A DNA stretch of 64,000 bases from an uncultured Verrucomicrobiae bacterium (GTDB taxonomy: Bacteria; Verrucomicrobiota; Verrucomicrobiia; Chthoniobacterales; UBA10450). The notes under the pieces are model-generated. The model made no database searches. It saw only the letters and a program-made list of their open reading frames with translations, and was not told the origin of the DNA. Every line of letters starts with the position of its first letter. Positions within the stretch are counted from its first letter, which is position 1. This document shows positions 1-8,736 of this stretch, in pieces. The position numbers were made by a program, and so were the translations under genes. The stretch spans positions 928,001 through 992,000 of the forward strand of contig CAWIBO010000002.1 of assembly GCA_963834385.1 (NCBI GenBank), in the 5' to 3' direction.

Positions 1-267
1 GCCGGGATCCAGGCGGCCAAGCAGACCAGTTCGCTCATCCCGCTTTGCCATCCGCTTCCGCTGACGCATGTCGACGTCTCCTTCGCCATCGCCGACGACG
101 CCATCCAAATCGAGGCCGTGGCCGAGACCACCGGCAAGACGGGCGTGGAGATGGAGGCGCTCACCGCCGTCGCCGTCGCCGCCCTTACGCTCTACGACAT
201 GTGCAAGGCGGTCGACAAGGGGATGTCGCTTCGCGAAATTTCGTTGCTCGAGAAGACCAAGGAATGA
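1..267 (+). CDS. moaC: Cyclic pyranopterin monophosphate synthase MoaC (5'-truncated by window edge)
   Basis: Frame 1 reads [19 protein letters not shown]...[26 protein letters not shown], the MoaC signature motifs; TGA at 265-267 overlaps the next ATG (ATGA). Confidence 0.95.
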   Translation, partial: AGIQAAKQTSSLIPLCHPLPLTHVDVSFAIADDAIQIEAVAETTGKTGVEMEALTAVAVAALTLYDMCKAVDKGMSLREISLLEKTKE

Positions 268-752
268 AAGTCGCGCGCGTTACCCTGAGCGACCGCGCAA
301 GCAACGGGGTCTACGAGGATGCCAGCGGCCCGGAGATCGAGCGCATCATCGGCGAATGTTTCGCTGAACCGCTGGAATGGTCGCGTGCCATCCTCCCGGA
401 CGACCGCGCACTGATCGAGGAAGCGCTCCGCCGGTTGGCCGATCAGGAGGAATGCCTGCTCATCGTCACCACCGGGGGGACGGGACCGGCGCCGCGTGAT
501 GTCACCCCGGAAGCGACCCGGGCGGTGCTGGAAAAGGAACTGCCCGGGTTCGGCGAGCTGATGCGCGCGCAAAGTTATGCCCGGGTCAAGACCGCCATTC
601 TTTCCCGCGCGGTTGCCGGCGTGCGCGGGCAAAGTCTCATCATCAACCTGCCCGGGCGTCCGAGCGCAATCGGCGAAACGCTTCCCCTGCTTCTGCCGGC
701 CATCGCCGAGGCGCTCGACCACGTCGCCGGGTTCCGGCCAGCCTTGCGTTAA
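264..752 (+). CDS. mog: Molybdopterin adenylyltransferase (Mog/MoaB family)
   Basis: [47 protein letters not shown] motifs; ATG at 264 coupled to the moaC stop. Confidence 0.93.
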   Translation: MKVARVTLSDRASNGVYEDASGPEIERIIGECFAEPLEWSRAILPDDRALIEEALRRLADQEECLLIVTTGGTGPAPRDVTPEATRAVLEKELPGFGELMRAQSYARVKTAILSRAVAGVRGQSLIINLPGRPSAIGETLPLLLPAIAEALDHVAGFRPALR

Positions 753-1711
753 ACCGGCGGGCTTTCCTTCGACGCCATCTCCACCGCCTCGGGCGGCGGT
801 GTCTCGAGCAGCGCCTCCGCCACGGAAGACGCTTCGTCGCGCCCTTCCAGCCAGCCCGCCACGCGTTTTCCAAAGTCGCGCGGACGCTCCGCAAAAAAGC
901 GCCCGGCCAGCTCGGTCGCCGCCTGGAGCAGCTCGCCTTCGCTCCGGGCGACCAGCTCGAGCAATTCGCCGCGCTCGCCCTGCCAGTCGGGTTCCGGATG
1001 TTTCTCCACCCGTTCCGCCAAAAAACTCAGGTCATGCGCTTTCCCCAGCATGTCGGTCAGGTTCCTGATCTCGTCGCATATCCTGCGCAGCACCACCGGA
1101 TGATGCGGGCGGATGATCCGCACCTGATACCAGAGCCGTTTCGCCTGTTTGCGCAGTTCATGGAAACATTCGGCCGTCGGTTTTTCCTGGGCGCGCGCGA
1201 GCGCCTCCCGCCCGCATTTGTAGGTGGTCTGTAGGCACCGGGCATATTGTTTCGGGCCGAACTTCTCCAGGCTCCAGCCGGCCACCGCCTCGCGCACCGG
1301 GCAGAGCCGCGGGATCGCTTCCACCTGCCATTCGGCAAAAGCGGAGAGAAAATTCTGCAAATCGAGCAGGAGCGTCTCCTCGACCTTGCGAAAACCGCCA
1401 TTCTTCTTCCCGACCTGCTGCAGCTCGCGCACGGTCTGCAACCGCACCTCGGCATCGCGCACCTCCGAGACCAGCCGCCCCGTGTCGCGCAGCCGGCGAT
1501 CGAGCCGCTTAAATTCACGGCGACCAATCTCCTTTTCCACCAGGTGCAAAACCGCCCGCGCCTTTTTGAGATGCTTGCGCGTCTGGTGCACCGGCGACCC
1601 CTCCGTCTCCCGCTCCCCCGTGGCAATTTCGAGCGCGCGCCGCACCTGCCCCAGACAAAGCCGACGCAACGCCTCCCCCATCTCCTCCCCCCGCTTCACC
1701 TGAAAACTCAT
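749..1711 (-). CDS. CHAD domain protein (polyphosphate-binding family)
   Basis: HQTRKHLKKARA, RDAEV, HELRKQAKRLWY, LGKAHD: the repeated His/Arg/Lys CHAD motifs. Confidence 0.88.
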   Translation of the reverse strand: MSFQVKRGEEMGEALRRLCLGQVRRALEIATGERETEGSPVHQTRKHLKKARAVLHLVEKEIGRREFKRLDRRLRDTGRLVSEVRDAEVRLQTVRELQQVGKKNGGFRKVEETLLLDLQNFLSAFAEWQVEAIPRLCPVREAVAGWSLEKFGPKQYARCLQTTYKCGREALARAQEKPTAECFHELRKQAKRLWYQVRIIRPHHPVVLRRICDEIRNLTDMLGKAHDLSFLAERVEKHPEPDWQGERGELLELVARSEGELLQAATELAGRFFAERPRDFGKRVAGWLEGRDEASSVAEALLETPPPEAVEMASKESPPV

Positions 1712-1758
1712 GCGCCCCCCTTCTTCCTTCTTACTTCTTACTTCTTACCTTTGCCCCC

Positions 1759-2649
1759 TCAGTGGCATCCAAAACACTCTTCCCCCTCCAGTTCCACGTC
1801 GATCGTGACATGCTCAAACGCGTCCCCGGCCAGTTCCTCGCGCAATCGTTGCTTGGCCTCGGCAATCTGCGTTCGGTCGCTGGTCGCCGCCATGACAATA
1901 TGCGCCGAGAGGACGTGATGTTCGCCGTCGAGCGTCCAGGTATGCACATGGTGTGAAGAGACCACGCCGGGCAGGGCGTTGATCCGTTTCTGGAAAATGT
2001 CGGCATCAAAACTTTCCGGCGCGCGCTGCAGGATGATGCCGAGCACGCCTCGCAGGTTGCGTCCGACGTTCCAAAGCACAAAGAGCGAGATGCCGATGGA
2101 AAGCAGCGGGTCGAGCACCGGCAGATCCCAGATTGCCATGGCCACCGCCCCGAGCAGGACCGCGCCCCAGCCGAGCACATCCTCCAGTAGATGCCAGCTC
2201 ACCATCTTTTCGTTGAGCGAACGGCCCCGCCGGGTCCGCCAGGCGGCGAACCCGTTCACCGCGATCCCGAGCAGGGCCAGCCCGATCATCCCCGGGACCC
2301 GCACCGGGGCCGGCGTCATGATCCGCTCCACCGCGTGCCAGACGATGATCCCCAGGCCGACGACCAGGACCAGGCCGGTGATGAGGGCGCCCAGCACGGA
2401 AAAGCGCCGGTAACCGTAGGTGAAAAGGGCGTTCGGATCCTGCCGCGCCCGTTTTTGCAGATACCAGGAAAGACCAATCGAGAGGGAGTCACCCCCGTCG
2501 TGCAGGGCATCGGAGAGAATGGCGATGCTGTTCGTCCAGAGGCCGCCCGCGATCTCCACCAGGGTAAAGGCGAAATTCAGGAAAAAGGCCAGCTTCAGGT
2601 TGCCGGTGCCGTCACCGCCGTGCTGATGCCCGTGAGATCCTCCTGCCAC
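1759..2649 (-). CDS. Cation diffusion facilitator (CzcD/ZitB-like Zn/Co/Cd efflux)
   Basis: His-rich N-terminus, SDALHDGGD, TYGYRR, HLLEDVLG, HVHTW, HVTI motifs; 6 TM segments. Confidence 0.93.
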   Translation of the reverse strand: MAGGSHGHQHGGDGTGNLKLAFFLNFAFTLVEIAGGLWTNSIAILSDALHDGGDSLSIGLSWYLQKRARQDPNALFTYGYRRFSVLGALITGLVLVVGLGIIVWHAVERIMTPAPVRVPGMIGLALLGIAVNGFAAWRTRRGRSLNEKMVSWHLLEDVLGWGAVLLGAVAMAIWDLPVLDPLLSIGISLFVLWNVGRNLRGVLGIILQRAPESFDADIFQKRINALPGVVSSHHVHTWTLDGEHHVLSAHIVMAATSDRTQIAEAKQRLREELAGDAFEHVTIDVELEGEECFGCH

Positions 2650-2705
2650 AAGGATTCTTCTAGAAAGACTCGCTCATCGGCGCAACATTTGTCAGCATCG
2701 ACCCT

Positions 2706-4775
2706 GTGACTCCATCCTCAGTCGGGGACGGGTCCGGTGCCGGCAACGGCGCGGGATCCGCCGCCCCTTTAGCGTCTCAAGGCGGCGCGCCCGCCTCGGA
2801 ACGGGCCGATTTGCGCCCTGAAAACATCGACGACGCCGTCATCCGGCTCGCCGGCAATTCGCAGGACGGCATCCAGACCGCCGGCGCTTTTCTCGCCCGG
2901 CTGGCCGGCCGCTCCGACCAGGACGTCATGACCTACATGACGATTCCCTCCACCATTTCCGGTGGCCCTTCCATTTTCCAGGTCCGCATCGGCACCGGCG
3001 AAGTCCTTTCCGCGGGCGACGAAGCCGATTTCTTGGTCGCCTTTTACCAGCACAGTTACCAGGACCATGTCTCCTTCCTGCGCGAAGGCGGCGTGCTCCT
3101 TTACGATTCCGATAACGTCGAGCCGGATCTCGACGACAAACGTTTCGTTTATGTCGGGGTGCCGATCACCGGCCTGACCGTGGAAGCGCTCGGCGGCACG
3201 GCCAAGGACAAGGGGAAAAACATTTTCGTCCTCGGGTTGATCGCCAAGATTTTCAGCCTCGACGTCGAGAAGCTCGCGACGCTGATCAAGGAGAAGTTCG
3301 CCGGGAAAGACGAGAGCATCGTCAACACCGCCATCATGGCTTTCACCGCCGGTTACGCTTATCCGGTCGGCAAGGTTCTCAGTCACCAGTACAAGTTCGA
3401 GCAGATCCAGCGAACGGATGGCCGGGCCCAGATCACCATGGACGGCAACCAGGCGCTCGCCTACGGCCTCATCGCCGGCGGCATCCGTTACGGCGCCGGT
3501 TATCCCATCACCCCCTGGTCGTCGGTCATGGAAATTCTCCGGCGCGAACTCCCAAAATACGGCGGGCTCTTTGTCCAGTCGGAGGACGAGCTCGGCGCGG
3601 TTTCCACCGCGCTCGGTTTTTCTTATTCGGGTAACCTCGCGGTCACCGGCAGCGCCGGACCGGGCATCTCGCTCAAGACCGAGGCGATCGGCTGGGCTTC
3701 CATGGCCGAGATCCCGCTCATCATCATCAACGTGCAACGGGGCGGCCCCAGCACCGGTCTTCCGACCAACGTCGAACAGAGCGACCTTCACCAGGCCATC
3801 TACGGCGGACACGGCGACAGTCCGCGCGTCGTTCTCGCCGCCCAGACGGTGGAAGATTGCTTTTATATCGCGATCGAGGCGGCGCGCATCGCGCGCAAAT
3901 ACAGCACCCCGGTCTTTGTCCTGAGCGACACCTCGCTGGCCACCCGGATCGAGGCGTTCGACGAACCGAACCTGGGCGAGCTGATGCTTGATCCGAAGCC
4001 GGATCTTTCGCCGCGCCAGACGTTCAAGCCTTACCCGCTGGACCAGGTGACGCAGCATCTGCCGCCCGGCACCCGCATTCTCGACGGCAAATACCCGCTC
4101 GTCACCGGGCTCGAGCACGACGAAATGGGGCACCCGACCGGCAGCCCGAAATTGCACATGGCCATGACGGCCAAGCGCCGGGTCAAACTGCAGAAGCTGG
4201 CGGAGGAATTGCCGGTCCCGGAAATTTACGGCGACCCGGAAGGCGAGTTTCTGCTTGTGGGCTGGGGTTCAACCTACGGGCCGATCCACGACGCGGTGAA
4301 AAAGGCGCGCATAGCCGGGCACCCGCTCTCCGCGATTCATCTGCGGCATATCCATCCGTTGCCGAACGGCCTCGAAACCATCTGGGCGAAGTTCAAGAAG
4401 ATCATTGTGGTAGAGATGAACGACCAGGGGGTCTACGGCTACGGTCAGCTCGCGACCATCCTGCGGGCACGCTATTGCGAACCGAAGATCAGCGGCCTCA
4501 CCAAGACGGACGGGCTCACCTTCCGCGTAAAGGAGATTCTAGCCGCACTGGGCGAAGATTACGCCGCCGCGGGCGAGACCATGCGGCCGCGCCTCGGTGA
4601 AGCGCGCGGGACCACGCCGGCACCGAGCACCGCCGCCGCCACCAGCCGCGCCGAAGCCAAGGTGTCAGCCGCGCGCGACCGCGCCCAGGATAACACCCCG
4701 ACCAAGCCCGGCACCGAAGCCATCCTCGCCTCCTCCGGCAGCAATGAAACCCGCGAAACCGAGCGGGAGAAATGA
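2706..4775 (+). CDS. korA: 2-oxoacid:ferredoxin oxidoreductase alpha subunit (gamma domain fused N-terminally)
   Basis: AGNSQDGIQTAG, GYPITPWS, QSEDE, GPGISLKTE, VQRGGPSTGLPT, GLEHDE, GWGSTYG motifs. Substrate specificity cannot be determined from sequence. Confidence 0.92.
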   Translation: MTPSSVGDGSGAGNGAGSAAPLASQGGAPASERADLRPENIDDAVIRLAGNSQDGIQTAGAFLARLAGRSDQDVMTYMTIPSTISGGPSIFQVRIGTGEVLSAGDEADFLVAFYQHSYQDHVSFLREGGVLLYDSDNVEPDLDDKRFVYVGVPITGLTVEALGGTAKDKGKNIFVLGLIAKIFSLDVEKLATLIKEKFAGKDESIVNTAIMAFTAGYAYPVGKVLSHQYKFEQIQRTDGRAQITMDGNQALAYGLIAGGIRYGAGYPITPWSSVMEILRRELPKYGGLFVQSEDELGAVSTALGFSYSGNLAVTGSAGPGISLKTEAIGWASMAEIPLIIINVQRGGPSTGLPTNVEQSDLHQAIYGGHGDSPRVVLAAQTVEDCFYIAIEAARIARKYSTPVFVLSDTSLATRIEAFDEPNLGELMLDPKPDLSPRQTFKPYPLDQVTQHLPPGTRILDGKYPLVTGLEHDEMGHPTGSPKLHMAMTAKRRVKLQKLAEELPVPEIYGDPEGEFLLVGWGSTYGPIHDAVKKARIAGHPLSAIHLRHIHPLPNGLETIWAKFKKIIVVEMNDQGVYGYGQLATILRARYCEPKISGLTKTDGLTFRVKEILAALGEDYAAAGETMRPRLGEARGTTPAPSTAAATSRAEAKVSAARDRAQDNTPTKPGTEAILASSGSNETRETEREK

Positions 4776-4779
4776 GGAT

Positions 4780-5170
4780 AATTTGGAAGCCAGGAAATCC
4801 AGGAAATGGAAAAGAACTTTTGAATCAGGAAAGTAGGAACACAGGAAAGTGAGGAGAAGTGCTCTTGGACATTCGATCTCAAACCTTCCCGCTTTCTCCT
4901 GCTTTCTTGTTTTCCTGATTAATGAATTTGGAAACCAGGAATCCAGGAAGAGGAGAACAGAACTTGAATCAGGAAAGCAGGAACACAGGAAAAGGAAGAG
5001 AGACGCTCTTAAACGCTCGTCCCCAAACACCAGTCCCTCTCTTCTTCCTGCTTTCTTGTTTTCCTAATTCATTTTCCTGGCTTCCTGGTTTCCAAATTCA
5101 ATCCTTTCCTGCGTTCCTCCTTTCCTGATTCATCTTCATGGTTTCCAAATTAAATCCTTTTTCCTGATTC
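4780..5170. repeat. Nested inverted-repeat element built from CAGGAA/TTCCTG units
   Basis: Arms AATTTGGAAACCAGGAATCCAGGAA (4780, 4924) and TGAATCAGGAAAGYAGGAACACAGGAAA (4821, 4965), with reverse-complement arms at about 4892, 5045, 5074, 5105 and 5135. Confidence 0.9.
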
Positions 5171-5173
5171 CTT

Positions 5174-6121
5174 ATGAGCACTGAAACCCTTGTCCCCTCG
5201 TCGTCCGCGGAGCAGCCGCGGGAGAAATTAACCAAGAAGGCGATCACGGCCGATCACCCGACCTGGTGTCCGGGCTGCGGCGATTTCGCTGTGCTCGCCT
5301 CCTATTACAAGGTGCTCGAGAAACGGCAGGTGGAGCACGAGAAGATCGTGACCCTCGCCGGGATCGGTTGTTCCTCGCGGTTCCCGTATTTCGTCAACGG
5401 CCATGGCGCCCATTTCATCCATGGTCGCGCCGTTCCGCTCGCGTCCGGGATCAGCCTGGCCCGGCCCGATCTCCATGTTTTCCTTTTCGGCGGCGACGGC
5501 GACGGTTTTTCCATCGGCGGCAACCATCTCGACCATGGGGCGCGCAAGAACATCAACCTCACCTATTTCATCATGGACAACTTCGTCTACGGCCTGACGA
5601 AGAAGCAGACGTCGCCCACCTCGCCGCTCGGGTTCAAGAGCAAGACCGATCCGCAAGGCTCGATTGATCAGCCGGTCAACGCCATGAAGAAGCTGGTCGC
5701 GAGCGGCGCCACCTTCGTCGCGCGCACGCATGCCACCCAGGTGAAACACATGATGGAGATGATCGAGCGCGCCATGGACCATCCCGGGTTCAGCGTCATC
5801 GAATGCTTATCCGAGTGCGTCGAGTTTTATCCTGACGTTTTCGACCCGGCCGATCCGCGCAAAGGCGGCAGCTTCGAGGTCATCCAGGAAAAGAAGTGGG
5901 ACAACACTCCCGAGGACGAGCTTCGTCACGATGTCACCGACGAGCTGGCCGCCTACAAGCTCGCCCAGCTCCCCTTCCCCGGCGTCTTCGGCGTCTTCTA
6001 CCAAAACGATCGCCCGACCAAGAACGCGCTCGAGAAGAAGTGGGTCGATACGACGCGAGAGAAGCTCGGCCAGCCGAGCGATCTCCAGCTTCTCCAGAAG
6101 ACTTTTGATCGGATGAAGTAA
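5174..6121 (+). CDS. korB: 2-oxoacid:ferredoxin oxidoreductase beta subunit (TPP-binding)
   Basis: WCPGCGD, GIGCSSR, HGRA, GGDGDGFSIGGNH, DNFVYGLTKKQTSPTS motifs. Confidence 0.95.
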   Translation: MSTETLVPSSSAEQPREKLTKKAITADHPTWCPGCGDFAVLASYYKVLEKRQVEHEKIVTLAGIGCSSRFPYFVNGHGAHFIHGRAVPLASGISLARPDLHVFLFGGDGDGFSIGGNHLDHGARKNINLTYFIMDNFVYGLTKKQTSPTSPLGFKSKTDPQGSIDQPVNAMKKLVASGATFVARTHATQVKHMMEMIERAMDHPGFSVIECLSECVEFYPDVFDPADPRKGGSFEVIQEKKWDNTPEDELRHDVTDELAAYKLAQLPFPGVFGVFYQNDRPTKNALEKKWVDTTREKLGQPSDLQLLQKTFDRMK

Positions 6122-6328
6122 CGCGTCGGCTCTCCCCGATAACGCTTAATCGATAAGCGAAGCGCCGCAGAAAGCTTTCGGCCGGTTGTAGAGGTCAAAG
6201 ACCGGGAGTCGGGGGAATCGCGGTTCTCGGCCTGCGCCGCGGCCTCGCCATAAAAAAGGATCTCCTGGGGCGAAGGCGGTGCGTAGGCGCGGCTTGGCAA
6301 AGCCGGCATATTTGTTCTAATCGGTCGC

Positions 6329-7714
6329 GTGGAGCGCGCCGGTTACACCTTTTTGGCGGTGATGCTCTTCGTCGCGGGCTCGTCGGCGCGGGGGGATGCG
6401 ATCGATGATTATGTGAGCGAGCGCATGCGCGAGCTGCGGCTGCCGGGGCTGGCGCTGGCGGTGGTGCGCGATGGACAAGTGCTTATAACGCGCAGTTACG
6501 GCAGCGCGGACCTGGAGATGAACGCGCCGGTGACAGCGGAGACGGTTTTCGAGCTTGGCTCGGTCACGAAGCAATTTACGGCCGCGGCAGTGATGTTGCT
6601 GGTCGAGGAAGGCAAGGTCGGCCTGGACGACAGCATTGCGAAGCATTTATCGCAACTGCCAGCGGGGTGGCGCGGGATCACGGTGCGCCATTTACTCAAC
6701 CATTCTTCGGGCATCCAGGAGTATCTCACCGTGCCGGGGCTGCCGGTCGCGGCGCATGCGGCGGAAAGTTTCGACGAAATGACGGGTCTGCTCGGAAAGC
6801 GACTAAAGCTGGAATTCGCCCCGGGGGAGACGTGGGCCTACAGCAACAGCGGCTATCTCTTGCTCGGCAACATCGTCGAGCGCGCGAGCGGACAATCGTA
6901 TTGGGAATTTCTGCGCAATCGCATCTTCACGCCACTCGGGATGAAAGCGACGCGGAGCAGCGATCCGCGCGCGGTGATTCCCCAGCGCGCGGCGGGTTAC
7001 GGCTGGCGTGAGGGACGGTTTGAGAATCGCGCAGCGCTTTCAGAAAATGCGCAAGGGGCAGGCGCCATCGTCTCGAACATCGGCGACATGGCGCGCTGGG
7101 AAGCAGGCTTGCATCGCGGGGAGTTGCTGAGGAAAGCCAGTTGGGAACAGATTTGGACGCCGCTCCGGGTGAGCAGCAGTCCGGTCGCGCCCTTCAGTTA
7201 TGGCTTCGGCTGGGTGGTCGATTGGGAGCATGGCAAACGCGCGGTTTTTCACAGTGGCGGGACGCCGGGGTTTTCCTCTGCCTTTCGCCGATATCCGGAG
7301 GAAGGGCTGGCGGTGATCGTGTTAACAAATCATGGCGACCGGATTTTGGATCATCTGCCGGTTGAGATCGCCGGCCTGGTCGAGCCGACGCTGGCGCGCG
7401 CACAGTCGGCGACCGATCCCAATCCCGAACGTAGCGAACGGCTGACGAAGGCGCTACGCGCCGTCTTGAGCGGAAAGCCCGACCCGAAGCACCTCACACC
7501 GGCGATGCAGCTCTTTCTGAAAACGACCAGCGGCAGTGGATTAAGCGAGTGGGTGGCATCGCACGGCGAGTTGAAGTCGCTGACCTATTCGCAAACGGAG
7601 CGCGCCGGGGAAAACGACACCTTGCGCTACCGCGCGGTTGTGGGCGACGCGCACCTTTGGTTCAGTTTCACCCTGACGAAAGACGGTAAGATCGCGCAGC
7701 TCGTATGGTGGTAG
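6329..7714 (+). CDS. Secreted serine hydrolase, beta-lactamase/AmpC-like family
   Basis: Signal peptide, SxxK (GSVTKQF), LLNHSSG, YSN (WAYSNSGY), HSGG motifs. Confidence 0.88.
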   Translation: MERAGYTFLAVMLFVAGSSARGDAIDDYVSERMRELRLPGLALAVVRDGQVLITRSYGSADLEMNAPVTAETVFELGSVTKQFTAAAVMLLVEEGKVGLDDSIAKHLSQLPAGWRGITVRHLLNHSSGIQEYLTVPGLPVAAHAAESFDEMTGLLGKRLKLEFAPGETWAYSNSGYLLLGNIVERASGQSYWEFLRNRIFTPLGMKATRSSDPRAVIPQRAAGYGWREGRFENRAALSENAQGAGAIVSNIGDMARWEAGLHRGELLRKASWEQIWTPLRVSSSPVAPFSYGFGWVVDWEHGKRAVFHSGGTPGFSSAFRRYPEEGLAVIVLTNHGDRILDHLPVEIAGLVEPTLARAQSATDPNPERSERLTKALRAVLSGKPDPKHLTPAMQLFLKTTSGSGLSEWVASHGELKSLTYSQTERAGENDTLRYRAVVGDAHLWFSFTLTKDGKIAQLVWW

Positions 7715-8003
7715 AACGGGAATGGCGAAGCTTGGAGGCGTCCCCGGATGAAGATCACATCGTCAGCGGCTTACGATTGTCCCTCCCTTCCGGGAACCGA
7801 CGCGCACGGCGGTTTCGTCGGGCCGAGACGATCGTTGGTCTCATTCACGAGACTGGTTGCTGCCCGGAAGTCTCAAATTGGCGACGCGCCCAAGCTCCGT
7901 CAAAAGCCTGCAACTTGGCAAGGCGCGCCGTGACACTGACGACGAACTTCCCGCGGCGGGTCAGGCTTGTCTCTGGCCGCCGGTTTCTGTAGACATCGTG
8001 TCG

Positions 8004-8594
8004 ATGACTGGTGACGCGATGCTGTGGCGCGTGGCGCGGATCGGTGCAGTGGTGGCGCCGATATTGTTGCTCGTCGGCGATTGCATCGCGATTTGGAGTT
8101 TTAATTCCATCTCGTGGACCGTGCTGCTTTGGCTGTCCTTTGTTTGTTTCGTTCCCCCGCTGGTGGGGCTGGTGATCGCGGTGAGCCGGTCGCGGCCGCT
8201 GCTGGCCGCTGTCGCCGGAGTGGTCGTTCTGATAGGCACAATGGCAGGTGCCGGGATGCAGGCATATTTTCGGACCGCAATCGCTCTACAGAACGGCGGG
8301 CAGGATGCCGCGCTCGCTTTTCTGCGCACGCAAGCTGTCATGCCGCTGACGACGCAGGCGCCGGGAATCGGGTTTCCGATGGGGTTGCTTTTGCTTGCGT
8401 TCGGTCTCTGGCGGAGCCGGCTTGCGGCATCATGGGTGCCGGTCACGCTCGCGCTGGGCGGGCTGCTATTCCCCGTCGGGCATGCCGTGCAAGTAAGCTG
8501 GGCGCTCGTGGCAGGCGATGTGGTGCTCGCGGTTGCGTTCGCTGCGCTGGGGATGCACGTCCTGCGTCCGGCAGGAGTTGCGGCGACGAGTTGA
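8004..8594 (+). CDS. Hypothetical integral membrane protein
   Basis: About 6 hydrophobic segments; start chosen at ATG 8004 and uncertain. Confidence 0.6.
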   Translation: MTGDAMLWRVARIGAVVAPILLLVGDCIAIWSFNSISWTVLLWLSFVCFVPPLVGLVIAVSRSRPLLAAVAGVVVLIGTMAGAGMQAYFRTAIALQNGGQDAALAFLRTQAVMPLTTQAPGIGFPMGLLLLAFGLWRSRLAASWVPVTLALGGLLFPVGHAVQVSWALVAGDVVLAVAFAALGMHVLRPAGVAATS

Positions 8595-8736
8595 TCGGCA
8601 AGGCGGCGGCGAACTTCGGTGCTCCATCTGAAATTGAAGAAGAGACTACTTCCCCCTCTGGGCTGGGGGTTGCTGCCCGGTGGACCTCAGACTGGTGCCG
8701 CGCCTAAGCTCGGTTGAAAGCGAACGAAGCGATTTT

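Noticed and set aside
1720..1752. TTACTTC short tandem repeat (also GCTCT/GCTCCT run at about 60066-60097) as a contingency locus
   Set aside because: Only 3-6 degenerate units in intergenic DNA with no clear promoter overlap; more likely remnants of the palindromic repeat families.
4665..5128. Small ORFs inside the korA-korB and nuoA-nuoB spacers (ESRKQEHRK-type peptides)
   Set aside because: They are translations of the CAGGAA repeat units, with no RBS or coding-like codon bias.
4780..5170. CRISPR array
   Set aside because: The repeats are inverted, nested and irregularly spaced rather than direct repeats with uniform spacers. No cas genes are present.
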